From NCBI RefSeq assembly GCF_009936135.1, contig NZ_CP047901.1:280984-344983 (forward strand): 64,000 bases of DNA. Direction: 5' to 3'. This document shows positions 42,829 to 52,116 of this stretch, piece by piece (the first letter of the stretch is position 1; every line of letters begins with the position of its first letter). The notes beneath the pieces were generated by a model that was given only the letters and a program-made list of their open reading frames with translations, was not told where the DNA came from and searched no databases. A program made the position numbers and the translations under genes. This stretch comes from Candidatus Chazhemtobacterium aquaticus (lineage in GTDB: Bacteria; Patescibacteriota; Microgenomatia; UBA1400; Chazhemtobacteraceae).

Positions 42829-43737
42829 ATGCAAAATCCAAACTTCAAACTAAATCTCACCGAAGAAAAAGGTAACTTCGCCGAAATTCATATCACTCCT
42901 TTAGAAAAAGGCTTTGGTCACACTCTGGGTAACGCTCTTCGCCGCGTACTCCTGGGTAATCTGGAAGGGTCAGCCGCTACTCATGTCAAGATCGACGGTG
43001 TCCGTCATCAATTTAGCACTCTATCTGGTTTACAGGAAAACATCATTGACTTCATCCTCAATCTCAAAGGTGTTTATTTCAAAACTGAGGGCGACGGACC
43101 TTTCACTGTCAAAATTGACTCAAAAGAAAAAACCACCCTCACTGCCGGTGATCTAGTTTGTCCAGCCGGAGTTTCCGTCACCAATCCAGAACACGTCTTA
43201 GCTCACATCAGTGGTCCCAAAATGGCTCTTAAGGGTCAAATAACTGTCGCTAAAGGCATTGGTTACTCTCCCGCAGACGAACACAACACCGACGAAATTG
43301 GACTTATCCCAGTTGACTCCATCTTTACTCCGGTTATTAAGGCCAACTATCTTGTCGAGTCTACTCGTGTTGGTCGTCGAACCGACCTTGACATGATCCG
43401 CCTCATGGTTGAAACCAACGGCACCATCACTCCTCTAGAGGCTGTGAAGAACGCTGCAGAGATTCTTTCCGCCTATTTCACTCAAATCTTTGACCCCACT
43501 TTTACCGAGGAAGAAACCGTTAAAACCAGTTTAGTTACTGGTGATGACCAATCCATCGAAGAGTTAGGGCTCCCCACTCGAGTGACTAATGCTCTTAAAA
43601 AAGGTGGATTTGTCAAACTTAACGATTTCTCATCTGCTTCATATGACGATCTACTTAAGGTTAAAAATTTAGGTGAAAAATCTGTCAAAGATATTATCAA
43701 AAAGCTTGAAAAAAAGGGTATTCAAGTAACAAAATAA
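42829..43737 (+). CDS. rpoA: RNA polymerase alpha subunit
   Basis: PLEKGFGHTLGNALRRVLL, DSIFTPV, CTD NLGEKS. Confidence 0.99.
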   Translation: MQNPNFKLNLTEEKGNFAEIHITPLEKGFGHTLGNALRRVLLGNLEGSAATHVKIDGVRHQFSTLSGLQENIIDFILNLKGVYFKTEGDGPFTVKIDSKEKTTLTAGDLVCPAGVSVTNPEHVLAHISGPKMALKGQITVAKGIGYSPADEHNTDEIGLIPVDSIFTPVIKANYLVESTRVGRRTDLDMIRLMVETNGTITPLEAVKNAAEILSAYFTQIFDPTFTEEETVKTSLVTGDDQSIEELGLPTRVTNALKKGGFVKLNDFSSASYDDLLKVKNLGEKSVKDIIKKLEKKGIQVTK

Positions 43738-43741
43738 TCTT

Positions 43742-44194
43742 ATGTCTCGACACCGCCTTAATGGCCGTAAACTAGGCCGCAACACCAATCAGCGCAAAGC
43801 TTTATTCAAAGGGTTGCTTAATTCTCTTATCATTCAAGAAGAGTTAAAAACTACTCAGACGAAAGCCAAAGCTGTCCAACGTCTCTTTGATCAACTGGTT
43901 ACCAAAGCTAAGCCATCCACTGTTCACGCTCGTCGCCTTCTCCACGCTTTCTTAGGTAACAAAAGTTCAGTCAATAAACTCGTCGACGACTTAACTAAGC
44001 GTTTTGGACATAGACAATCCGGTTTTACCCGTGTTACCAAGCTCGGTCTTCGCCGTGGCGACAATGCTCAAATCGTCAAACTTGAACTTGTTGACAAGTC
44101 TTCTCCTGACCTTAAACAAACTCAGAAAAGTACCAACTCTCCCAAGAAACCAACCAAAAAAACCTCAAAAACTAGCACAAAATCCAGTAAATAA
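43742..44194 (+). CDS. rplQ: 50S ribosomal protein bL17 with Lys/Thr/Ser tail
   Basis: KLGRNTNQRKAL, TT..KAK, SGFTR, RRGDNA. Confidence 0.98.
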   Translation: MSRHRLNGRKLGRNTNQRKALFKGLLNSLIIQEELKTTQTKAKAVQRLFDQLVTKAKPSTVHARRLLHAFLGNKSSVNKLVDDLTKRFGHRQSGFTRVTKLGLRRGDNAQIVKLELVDKSSPDLKQTQKSTNSPKKPTKKTSKTSTKSSK

Positions 44195-44208
44195 ATCATA
44201 ACTTACCC

Positions 44209-44625
44209 ATGAATACACCATCAACTAAAGCATCAGACATCAGTCGCAACTGGCACCTTATTGACCTCAAAGGCCAAGTTCTTGGTCGCACTGCTTCTCA
44301 AATTGCCCAGCTTCTTGTTGGTAAACACAAACCTAATCAACACGATAATCTCGACGGTGGTGATTATGTTGTCGCTATCAACTCTGACTTAATAAAGGTT
44401 ACCGGAAACAAACTCATCAACAAAAAATACTATCGTCATTCTGGCTATCCTGGTGGATTAAAATCAGCCACTCTGTCTGAAAAAATGTCCAAAGACTCTC
44501 GTAAAGTCATCGAACTGGCCGTCAAGGGCATGCTCCCAAAAAACAAATTTCAGACCAATAGATTAAGACGCCTCAAAGTATTTACTGATGACCAACATCC
44601 TTATCAAGCACAAATCAAATCCTAA
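44209..44625 (+). CDS. rplM: 50S ribosomal protein uL13
   Basis: W.LID..GQVLGR.AS, GKHKP, HSGYPGGLK, GMLPKN. Confidence 0.99.
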   Translation: MNTPSTKASDISRNWHLIDLKGQVLGRTASQIAQLLVGKHKPNQHDNLDGGDYVVAINSDLIKVTGNKLINKKYYRHSGYPGGLKSATLSEKMSKDSRKVIELAVKGMLPKNKFQTNRLRRLKVFTDDQHPYQAQIKS

Positions 44626-44627
44626 CC

Positions 44628-45044
44628 ATGGCTACTAAATCAACTAAGAAAAATTACATTCAGGCTACCGGTCGTCGCAAAACCGCTGTCGCTCGGGTCA
44701 GACTAATTGAAAGCAAAAAAGAAATTACAGTTAACAATATTCCTGCATCTCAATACTGGCCAAGTAGTACCTTTGCCTCTCTTTACTCCGAGCCCCTCAT
44801 TACCACCAATACTCACAAAAAATACTCAGCCACTGCTAAAATTACAGGCTCAGGTAAACAATCCCAACTTGACGCCTTTATTCATGGTTTGAGTCGAGCC
44901 CTTGTCCAGGTTAATCCAGAACGTTTCCGTCCCATTCTCAAAAAGAAAGGCTTTCTGACTCGTGATTCTCGCATGAAGGAAACCAGGAAAATTGGTTCTT
45001 CTGGAAGCAAGGCTCGTTCAAAACGCCAATCACCAAAGCGGTAA
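44628..45044 (+). CDS. rpsI: 30S ribosomal protein uS9
   Basis: TGRRKTAVARV, FLTRDSRMKE.RK, QSPKR. Confidence 0.98.
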   Translation: MATKSTKKNYIQATGRRKTAVARVRLIESKKEITVNNIPASQYWPSSTFASLYSEPLITTNTHKKYSATAKITGSGKQSQLDAFIHGLSRALVQVNPERFRPILKKKGFLTRDSRMKETRKIGSSGSKARSKRQSPKR

Positions 45045-45066
45045 TCGCTCTTCTTCTCCAACCAAA

Positions 45067-45564
45067 TCATTCTAGCGCTTTCAATCTCTGCCCATAGGTA
45101 GTGTGATCACTCTCTATCTCCCCTCTTATTTCCTCCCAATCGCTCACTATCTTCTTAACTCGATGGTGTTCTCCCACTTTGGCTCCTTTGCGTGTCAAAT
45201 CATATGGACTCCATTCTCCAGAACCAGGTTCCTTAACTAACAACCAGGCGTGATCCACCGAGTTCTCATCCTCACCGTGTACCTTCTTAACCTCATAACC
45301 CATTGTTTTAAGCATCTCAGCTCCAATATTTGTCATTGCACCACAAGACAGTGCCCCATTGTCAAAAGCCTCGTCAACTGGCATAAATCTAGACTCTAAA
45401 ATACTTTGAGGTTCGATTCGTTCCGGTAACGACATAGCGTGCTCCACAATTATTTTTTGGACTTTCAACACTCTACTCTCAAGACCCTCCACCCGCTCCT
45501 TAACTCTATTAGCCAACTCTACCAAGTCTACTTCATTCATACTTATTTCTGTTTGACTCTCCAT
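45067..45564 (-). CDS. Transglutaminase-like (Cys-His-Asp) domain protein; true start may be ATG 45540
   Basis: LSCGAM...L..MGY.V..V.G...DHAWL.V...W..YDLT. Confidence 0.65.
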   Translation of the reverse strand: MESQTEISMNEVDLVELANRVKERVEGLESRVLKVQKIIVEHAMSLPERIEPQSILESRFMPVDEAFDNGALSCGAMTNIGAEMLKTMGYEVKKVHGEDENSVDHAWLLVKEPGSGEWSPYDLTRKGAKVGEHHRVKKIVSDWEEIRGEIESDHTTYGQRLKALE

Positions 45565-45894
45565 GGTCGGTTAAACTCTGAACTGCTCTCAAAAAACTAA
45601 CCTTGTCGCAATTGCTGAACGCCGCTCGAACCTTTTTTGAGCGACAATCTGCGCCCTGACGGGCGCAGAACCCGCCCAGCGGCTCGCCGCCTGACGGCGG
45701 CCAGCAAAGCCCGTAAAAATTGACAAATCTTTTAGGGGGCGCGCGCAAAATTCTTTTTCAATTAAGGAAACAATTTTTGCGGGCTTTGCTTCCTTGCTGA
45801 CGCAAGGATGAGCCGCTTCCCACCCTTGCCGCGCCAGCGGCGCGGAGCGAGCCATCCTTCTCGCCTCAAAAAACCGAAAGTCAATTATGGTCGG
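45563..45894. mobile_element. Putative non-autonomous structured element at the tRNA-Pro 3' end, bounded by an 8-bp direct repeat
   Basis: ATGGTCGG at 45563-70 and 45887-94 (the latter contains the tRNA 3' end CCGACCA); GC-rich interior with several perfect stems. Confidence 0.55.
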
Positions 45895-45961
45895 GCTGCT
45901 CGGAATCGAACCGAGGCTAGATGCACCCCATGCACCCGTACTACCACTATACGACAGCCCG
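45888..45961 (-). tRNA. tRNA-Pro(GGG)
   Basis: CGGGCTG acceptor/CAGCCCG-A-CCA, D arm TAGTGGTA, anticodon loop ATGGGGT, T arm GGTTCGATTCC; 74 nt. Confidence 0.96.
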
Positions 45962-46136
45962 ATGGTGATTTCATACAAAATCACTTGATTAAACCCCATT
46001 TTACCACCTCCACCCACGAACCGCACCCTTGACAGTTTCGGGTAATCTTTGGTTAACTAGATTTATGTCCTTTTCCTCTGCAGCTGCACGTGTTACTATC
46101 CACCTAAATTATTCATAACCTTTAGCAAAAACTACT

Positions 46137-47240
46137 ATGCCAAAAAGAGGCCGACCCAAAAAAGACAACTCTGTCCCTTCGACTTCAAAAAATAGCCAAG
46201 ATCAACTTCGACAACAAAAAATCGAGGCTTTACAAATTGCCATGCAACAAATTGATAAACAATTTGGCGCTGGGTCAATTATGAAGCTGGGTGAAGCTGG
46301 TCACACCAATCATGTTGACGCCATCCCCACCGGTGCTATTGCTCTTGATATTGCCCTAGGCGTCGGCGGCCTGCCTCGTGGGCGCATTATCGAGGTCTAT
46401 GGACCAGAAGCCTCGGGAAAGACCACCCTTTGTCTTCACGTTATTGCTGAAGCTCAGTCCAAAGGTGGTACTGCCGCCTTTATCGATGCCGAACATGCCC
46501 TGGACCCTCAACGTGCCCGAGCCATCGGTGTCGACATTGACAATCTTCTTCTCTCCCAACCAGACACCGGCGAACAAGCCCTAGAGATCGCCGAGACCTT
46601 AATTCGCTCAGGAGCCATAGATATTGTCGTTGTTGACTCTGTCGCTGCCCTAGTTCCCAAAGCCGAGATAGAGGGAGAGATGGGTGACTCCCAGGTTGGT
46701 CTCCAGGCTCGCCTCATGAGCCAGGCCATGCGTAAACTAGCTGGTGCCATTAACAAGAGTAAAACTATGCTTGTCTTTACCAATCAATTACGAGAAAAGA
46801 TCGGTATCATGTTCGGGAATCCTGAAGTCACCCCTGGCGGACGCGCTCTTAAGTTCTATTCCTCAATCCGTATCGACATGAGAAAGATTGGCAACATCCA
46901 AGAAGGTGACCAAATTATTGGTTCACGTCATCGTGCCAAAGTGGTCAAGAATAAAGTGGCTCCTCCTTTTCGGGTGGCTGAGTTTGACATTATGAATCAG
47001 GGCGGTATCTCAAAAGTCGGCAATATTATTGATGTCGCCGTCGAGCAAGGTATTATTGAAAAATCGGGAGCATTCTTAAAATACCAAGGCAATGTCATCG
47101 CCCAAGGTCGTGAAGCAAGTAAAGAAGTTCTCCTTGAGAACCAAAAACTACTTAAAACCATTGAAAAAGAGATCTTCGCTAAATTAGATCTCCCCAGCAA
47201 AGCCGCTCCTCCCTCCATAGGAATAGCTTCAGAAGATTAA
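46137..47240 (+). CDS. recA: Recombinase RecA
   Basis: [40 protein letters not shown]. Confidence 0.99.
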   Translation: MPKRGRPKKDNSVPSTSKNSQDQLRQQKIEALQIAMQQIDKQFGAGSIMKLGEAGHTNHVDAIPTGAIALDIALGVGGLPRGRIIEVYGPEASGKTTLCLHVIAEAQSKGGTAAFIDAEHALDPQRARAIGVDIDNLLLSQPDTGEQALEIAETLIRSGAIDIVVVDSVAALVPKAEIEGEMGDSQVGLQARLMSQAMRKLAGAINKSKTMLVFTNQLREKIGIMFGNPEVTPGGRALKFYSSIRIDMRKIGNIQEGDQIIGSRHRAKVVKNKVAPPFRVAEFDIMNQGGISKVGNIIDVAVEQGIIEKSGAFLKYQGNVIAQGREASKEVLLENQKLLKTIEKEIFAKLDLPSKAAPPSIGIASED

Positions 47241-47241
47241 A

Positions 47242-47883
47242 GTGTCAACCATCACTCGTCTGGTTTACTCCAAATCCGGTAACTCTGTTCGCATATATAT
47301 CGATGATAAATATGCTTTTTCGCTTTCACCAAATGAAGTAGTCAGACAGAAAATCGACAAAGACCAGGTCATATCACCCAGCAAGCTTAAGCAACTCAAA
47401 CATAGCGGCGACTATGAAAAAAACTATCTTAAAGCCCTCAATTTAATTTCATATAGACCTCGCTCGACCCGGGAGATCAAACAATATCTTCATCGCAACT
47501 CAGTTTCTCCCATTGTCATCTCCCAAATTATCTCCACACTCAAGAAACAAAACTATCTTAACGATTCTGATTTTGCTCTCGCTTACGCCAAAACCAAAGT
47601 TAAACTTAAAAACTACGGTCCATATCGTCTTCAGTCAGAACTCTCTGCCAAAGGTATATCCGACTCTCTTATTTCGCAAACAATAGACACCCTGTTCTCT
47701 GATCAAGACACTCTCATTTCTCAAGCACGCTTGGCTCTCAATAAAAAAACCAAGGCTTTCTACTCCCTCCCGGCATTCGAGTTTAAGCGCAAGGCCACTC
47801 AATATCTTTACCGCTTGGGTTATGACCCGGATACTATCAATCGCGCCATATCCTCAATTGACGAAAATCCACTAAAACGGTAA
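47242..47883 (+). CDS. recX: Regulatory protein RecX
   Basis: AL..ISYRPRS..EI..YL, YLND..FA, GP..L..EL..KG, L.R.GY; directly after recA. Confidence 0.9.
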   Translation: MSTITRLVYSKSGNSVRIYIDDKYAFSLSPNEVVRQKIDKDQVISPSKLKQLKHSGDYEKNYLKALNLISYRPRSTREIKQYLHRNSVSPIVISQIISTLKKQNYLNDSDFALAYAKTKVKLKNYGPYRLQSELSAKGISDSLISQTIDTLFSDQDTLISQARLALNKKTKAFYSLPAFEFKRKATQYLYRLGYDPDTINRAISSIDENPLKR

Positions 47884-47886
47884 AAT
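47858..47886 (+). promoter_or_regulatory. Sigma70 promoter for rny
   Basis: TTGACG-17 nt-TAAAAT. Confidence 0.7.
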
Positions 47887-48046
47887 ATGCACCATACCTA
47901 ATCAGAGAAATATCGGGAAAATCAACCAAAACATGACTCTACTACGGCTAACAAACCCCTCAACCATATCCATATCGCTTTAAGCCAATCTTGGTTTGTA
48001 ATTTTTGTATCCTCTGCTTGGGTAATCACAAATTACCTATACTTTT

Positions 48047-49564
48047 ATGTCCATCTTTAGCCTATTTAAACCATCAGCCTCTTCGTCTCCCTTAAAACCC
48101 GCTACCCAACCCAAAACCCAACCACCAAAGACAGAAGACGTCACCACGCAACAATCTGATACCAAACAGATTGTTGAACAAGCCCAAAACAAAGCTCGAG
48201 AGATTATCTTAGAAGCCAAAGACGAAGCCTTTAAATTACGAGAAAAAGCCAGAGCCGAGGCAGAACAGCTTAAGCAATCAGCTGAAAAACTTCACCAAGA
48301 ACTTGAAGAGAAAACTCGTCGTTACACCGAGGTTAAAGCCAGGCTGGAAGAAAGAGATAGTCTGACCCAAAAACAACTTGAAATGGCCCAAAAACGTCTC
48401 GAAGAAGTTGAAAAACTAAAAACTAAACAAATAGCGGCTTTAGAGAGTATTAGTGGTCTAACCAAAGAGGAAGCTAAAAAAAGAATTCTTGAATTAGTTG
48501 AAAAAAGAAGCGTCTCCGATATAGCCAAAAGCATTAAATCAGCTGAAGAAAAGGCTAGGGCTGAAGCTGATATTAGAGCTCGTGAAATCCTAGTTGACTC
48601 AATGTATGCCGGCGCTACTGATTACGTAGCTGAGTACACCGTCACCACCATTAAGCTTCCTGACGATGAAGCTAAAGGTCGCATTATCGGAAAAGAGGGT
48701 CGCAACATCAGGGCTTTTGAAAAGTACTCCGGTGTTGACCTTGATATGGACGAGCCCGGTGTTATCAAGCTCTCAAGTTTTGACTCTATCAGGAGGGAAA
48801 TCGCCAGAGTTGCTCTTGAACGTCTCATTAAAGACGGCAGAATCCACCCCACTCACATTGAGGAATTCTTAAGCCGAGCTAAACGTGACATCGAAAGAGT
48901 CATCTATCAAGAGGGAGAAAAGCTTTGCCATGCCGTTGGCGTCTATGATCTGCCTCGAGAACTAGTCTCTCTTTTAGGCCGATTCAAATACCGAACCTCG
49001 TACGGGCAGAATATGATTGCCCACACACTCGAAGAAACTAAGATAGGTATCAAGCTGGCCCAAGAGGTTGGTGCTAACGTCCACATCGTCAGACTTGGTT
49101 GTCTACTCCATGATATTGGTAAAGTTGTTGAGGGAGAGGGAAGTCACGTCGAGCTTGGTGTCAAAGTTTTAAAGAAATACAACCTGCCTAAACCCGCTAT
49201 CGATGCTGTGGCCCAACACCACGAAGATGAGGAGTTTAGCTCTGTTGAATCAATCCTGGTTTATATCGCTGACGCCATATCAGGTGCCAGGCCTGGAGCT
49301 CGATATGAAAACTATGACGAATACGTCCAAAGACTTGAAAAACTAGAAGAGATTGCCACCAACCATCCATCGGTAGCTGAGGCCTATGCTATTCAAGCCG
49401 GACGAGAAGTTAGAGTTATCGTCTCTCCTGAAAAAATCTCTGATGACGCTTGTGTTAAACTAGCCTCCGACATTAAACAAGAAATCGAGGATAGTCTTAC
49501 CTATCCAGGCACCGTCAAGGTCAATGTGATTCGCGAAACCAGAGCCAGTGCTGTCGCTCAATAA
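48047..49564 (+). CDS. rny: Ribonuclease Y (no N-terminal TM helix)
   Basis: Coiled coil, KH KGRIIGKEGRNIR, RTSYGQN, LLHDIGK, ADAISGARPGAR, YPG..KV.VIRE. Confidence 0.97.
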   Translation: MSIFSLFKPSASSSPLKPATQPKTQPPKTEDVTTQQSDTKQIVEQAQNKAREIILEAKDEAFKLREKARAEAEQLKQSAEKLHQELEEKTRRYTEVKARLEERDSLTQKQLEMAQKRLEEVEKLKTKQIAALESISGLTKEEAKKRILELVEKRSVSDIAKSIKSAEEKARAEADIRAREILVDSMYAGATDYVAEYTVTTIKLPDDEAKGRIIGKEGRNIRAFEKYSGVDLDMDEPGVIKLSSFDSIRREIARVALERLIKDGRIHPTHIEEFLSRAKRDIERVIYQEGEKLCHAVGVYDLPRELVSLLGRFKYRTSYGQNMIAHTLEETKIGIKLAQEVGANVHIVRLGCLLHDIGKVVEGEGSHVELGVKVLKKYNLPKPAIDAVAQHHEDEEFSSVESILVYIADAISGARPGARYENYDEYVQRLEKLEEIATNHPSVAEAYAIQAGREVRVIVSPEKISDDACVKLASDIKQEIEDSLTYPGTVKVNVIRETRASAVAQ

Positions 49565-49671
49565 CACCATTCATCAATAAATCAACCATTGATTTTCCTG
49601 ATGTACCCCGTTATTATTACTAACCAGTTAATACTTCTGCCCCATAGTACCCTGAGAGGAGGTGAAATTTT

Positions 49672-49947
49672 GTGACCAAACACGATCTAATTAATATTGT
49701 TTCCAAAAAAGCTCATCTAACCAAAAAGGCCGCCGGCGAGGCTGTCACCGCCTTTTTAGACGAAGTTGAAAAATCTTTAGTCAAGGGTGAGAAAGTTGTC
49801 CTTTCTGGTTTTGGTACTTTTTATGTTTCTAAAGTTGCTGATAAACAAGTCGTTCCTTTTGGTAATGAAGTTCAGCGCCAAACCGTTAAGGGACATCGAG
49901 TCATCAACTTCCGTGTCGGCAAACCTCTTAAGAAAAAAGTTTGGTAA
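49672..49947 (+). CDS. hup: HU-family DNA-binding protein
   Basis: M.K.DLI, V.LSGFGTF, F..GK.LK; GTG start after AGGAGGTGA; TTGATT-17-TATTAT promoter. Confidence 0.92.
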   Translation: MTKHDLINIVSKKAHLTKKAAGEAVTAFLDEVEKSLVKGEKVVLSGFGTFYVSKVADKQVVPFGNEVQRQTVKGHRVINFRVGKPLKKKVW

Positions 49948-49955
49948 GTCTGGCC

Positions 49956-51116
49956 ATGCCATCCCAACCCAGAACCTTTTTTATCAAAACTTTTGGCTGT
50001 CAGGCCAATAAGTCCGACTCTGAGCGTATTGCCGGAGACTATCTGTCTCGTGGTTATACTGAAGTCTTAGACTGGCGTTCTGCTTCTGAAGTTGTCGTCA
50101 ACACCTGTTCTGTAAGACAGAGAGCAGAGGATCGAGTTAAGGGTTTTCTTCGCAACCTGGAAAAATATTATCTTGAGCACTCACCCAAACCTAAAGTCAT
50201 TCTCACCGGCTGTATGACTCATTACAGCCAAACCAAACTATACGAGCTTCTCCCTCAGATAGACGAAATTCTTCCCATTAACGAAGTTGGATTTAACCAA
50301 ACAGCTCTTAGAAAAGATCAATACCACGCCTGGGTCCCCATCTCCTCAGGTTGCAACTCATTCTGTACCTTCTGCATAGTCCCTTACTCTCGAGGGCGAG
50401 AACAATCTCGACCTCTCAAAGACATTCTCCAAGAAGTCAATCAACTAGCCAGTCAAGGTTATCAAGAAATCACCTTATTAGGCCAAAACGTCAACTCATA
50501 TGGCCTTGAAAAAGCCGGAATCGGTTATCGCAAACTTCTCATGAGCCGATCATCTTTCTCTCTTAACGACATCCCGACCAATGAGTCACAATACTTCCAC
50601 CCTCAAGAAACTCCGCCTTTCGTTAAACTTCTTCAAGAAATTTCCCGTATTCCTCGTATCAAAAAAATTAAATTTATGACCAGCAATCCCTGGGACTTTT
50701 GGGATGAACTTATAGAGGAAATTGCCAACAATCCCAAAATTGACCGTTATATCCACTTACCCATCCAATCAGGTTCCGATCGCATTCTCAAACTTATGAA
50801 CCGAGGCTATACCACCGCTGACTATAAAAAACTTGTCACCAAGCTTAAAACCCGCATCCCCGATCTAGTTTTAGGTACCGATATCATTGTCGGTTTTCCT
50901 TCAGAAACAAAAGCCGACTTTGAACAAACGCTATCACTTGCCAAACAAATTGATTGGCACATCGCCTTTGTTGCTCAGTACTCACCCAGACCTGGTACTG
51001 CCTCCCACCGGCTTTACCAAGATGACGTCTCACCTCAAGAAAAAAAACGACGTTGGACTATTCTTGACGACCTAATCAATAAAAAACACCTTCATGAAAG
51101 ACCGCTTATCAACTAA
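49956..51116 (+). CDS. miaB: MiaB-type tRNA methylthiotransferase, lacking TRAM domain
   Basis: TFGCQAN, NTCSVR, CNSFCTFC, GQNVNSYG, HLPIQSGS, DIIVGFP, YSPRPGT; adjacent to miaA. Confidence 0.85.
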   Translation: MPSQPRTFFIKTFGCQANKSDSERIAGDYLSRGYTEVLDWRSASEVVVNTCSVRQRAEDRVKGFLRNLEKYYLEHSPKPKVILTGCMTHYSQTKLYELLPQIDEILPINEVGFNQTALRKDQYHAWVPISSGCNSFCTFCIVPYSRGREQSRPLKDILQEVNQLASQGYQEITLLGQNVNSYGLEKAGIGYRKLLMSRSSFSLNDIPTNESQYFHPQETPPFVKLLQEISRIPRIKKIKFMTSNPWDFWDELIEEIANNPKIDRYIHLPIQSGSDRILKLMNRGYTTADYKKLVTKLKTRIPDLVLGTDIIVGFPSETKADFEQTLSLAKQIDWHIAFVAQYSPRPGTASHRLYQDDVSPQEKKRRWTILDDLINKKHLHERPLIN

Positions 51117-52116
51117 TTTAGTAAAAGCTCTAGTTATCACCGGTCCCACCGCCACCGGAAAAACCACCCTTGCCCTAAAGCTAGCTAAACTTTTTCCAGC
51201 CGATCTCATCTCTGCTGACTCCCGTCAGGTCTACACCAGTCTTAATCTCATTCCAGGCAAAGACATACCCTCAAGTTTTCATAAAAAAAACTCCTCCATA
51301 ACTCTAAATCAATCTCCTATCCCCATCTACACCAACAACAAGACCTCTATCTACGGCTACGATTTAGTTGACCCAAATCAGCCTTGGAACTTAAATTTTT
51401 TCCATCAATTTGCCTGGAAAGTCATTATCTACGTATCCCAACAAAAACGGCTACCTATCATTGTCGGTGGCACTGGTCTCTATATCGACACTCTCTTTAA
51501 TCCCACTCCCAACACTCAAGTTCCTCCCAACCCCATTCTTAGAGCTAGGCTTGAAAAACTATCAATTAACAAACTCCAAAACAAACTACTCAATCTTAGC
51601 CCTGAAAAGTTTAATAGTCTCAACCATTCAGACCAACACAATCCTCGTCGTCTCATTCGCGCCATTGAGATTTTATCCTCTTCTGTTATTCACCCAAAAT
51701 CTAACCACTCCTCACCTCAACTCGACTGTCTTAAAATTGCTCTAACAGCACCCCTGTCTACTCTAGAAAAAAACATCACAAAAAGAGTCAAACAACGCCT
51801 AAACTCTGACTACTTAAACGAGCTAAACATCCTTAAATCCCTTGATCCCGACTTAAAATTACCTGCCTCCTCTGCTCTAGGCTACCAAATCTTAAGTGAC
51901 TTTCATCAAAAGAAGATTACTCGCCAACAAGCTACTACTCTCTGGGTCAATCAAGAACTAAATTACGCCAAAAGACAACTCACCTGGCTTCGTGCCCAAT
52001 CAAATTACCACTGGATCGATATAAGCCCTAAAAACCATGCCAAGCAAGTTGTTGATTTAGTCACACGCTGGTATAGTGAAACCAATCATGACAGATACAC
52101 GCAACCTCAAAATTGA
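51094..52116 (+). CDS. miaA: tRNA dimethylallyltransferase
   Basis: GPTATGKT, SADSRQVY, VGGTGLY, RRLIRAIE, YAKRQLTW. Confidence 0.95.
   Translation: MKDRLSTNLVKALVITGPTATGKTTLALKLAKLFPADLISADSRQVYTSLNLIPGKDIPSSFHKKNSSITLNQSPIPIYTNNKTSIYGYDLVDPNQPWNLNFFHQFAWKVIIYVSQQKRLPIIVGGTGLYIDTLFNPTPNTQVPPNPILRARLEKLSINKLQNKLLNLSPEKFNSLNHSDQHNPRRLIRAIEILSSSVIHPKSNHSSPQLDCLKIALTAPLSTLEKNITKRVKQRLNSDYLNELNILKSLDPDLKLPASSALGYQILSDFHQKKITRQQATTLWVNQELNYAKRQLTWLRAQSNYHWIDISPKNHAKQVVDLVTRWYSETNHDRYTQPQN

Noticed and set aside
45648-45845. Hairpins as a DGR target signal, IS200/IS605 ends or CRISPR repeats
   Set aside because: No reverse transcriptase, TR/VR pair, TnpA/TnpB or repeat-spacer periodicity in the window; stems differ in sequence and only the loops repeat
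45589-46032. ORFs 45589-46026 (-), 45533-45748 (-) and 45808-46032 (+)
   Set aside because: They run through the tRNA and/or the GC-rich hairpin element; no protein motifs
16932-47240. Inteins or introns in rpoB, rpoC, fusA or recA
   Set aside because: Lengths are ordinary and no splicing or homing-endonuclease motifs were seen
47933-47983. Upstream in-frame ORF as the missing RNase Y membrane anchor
   Set aside because: Only 16 codons, two in-frame stops before rny, and not convincingly hydrophobic
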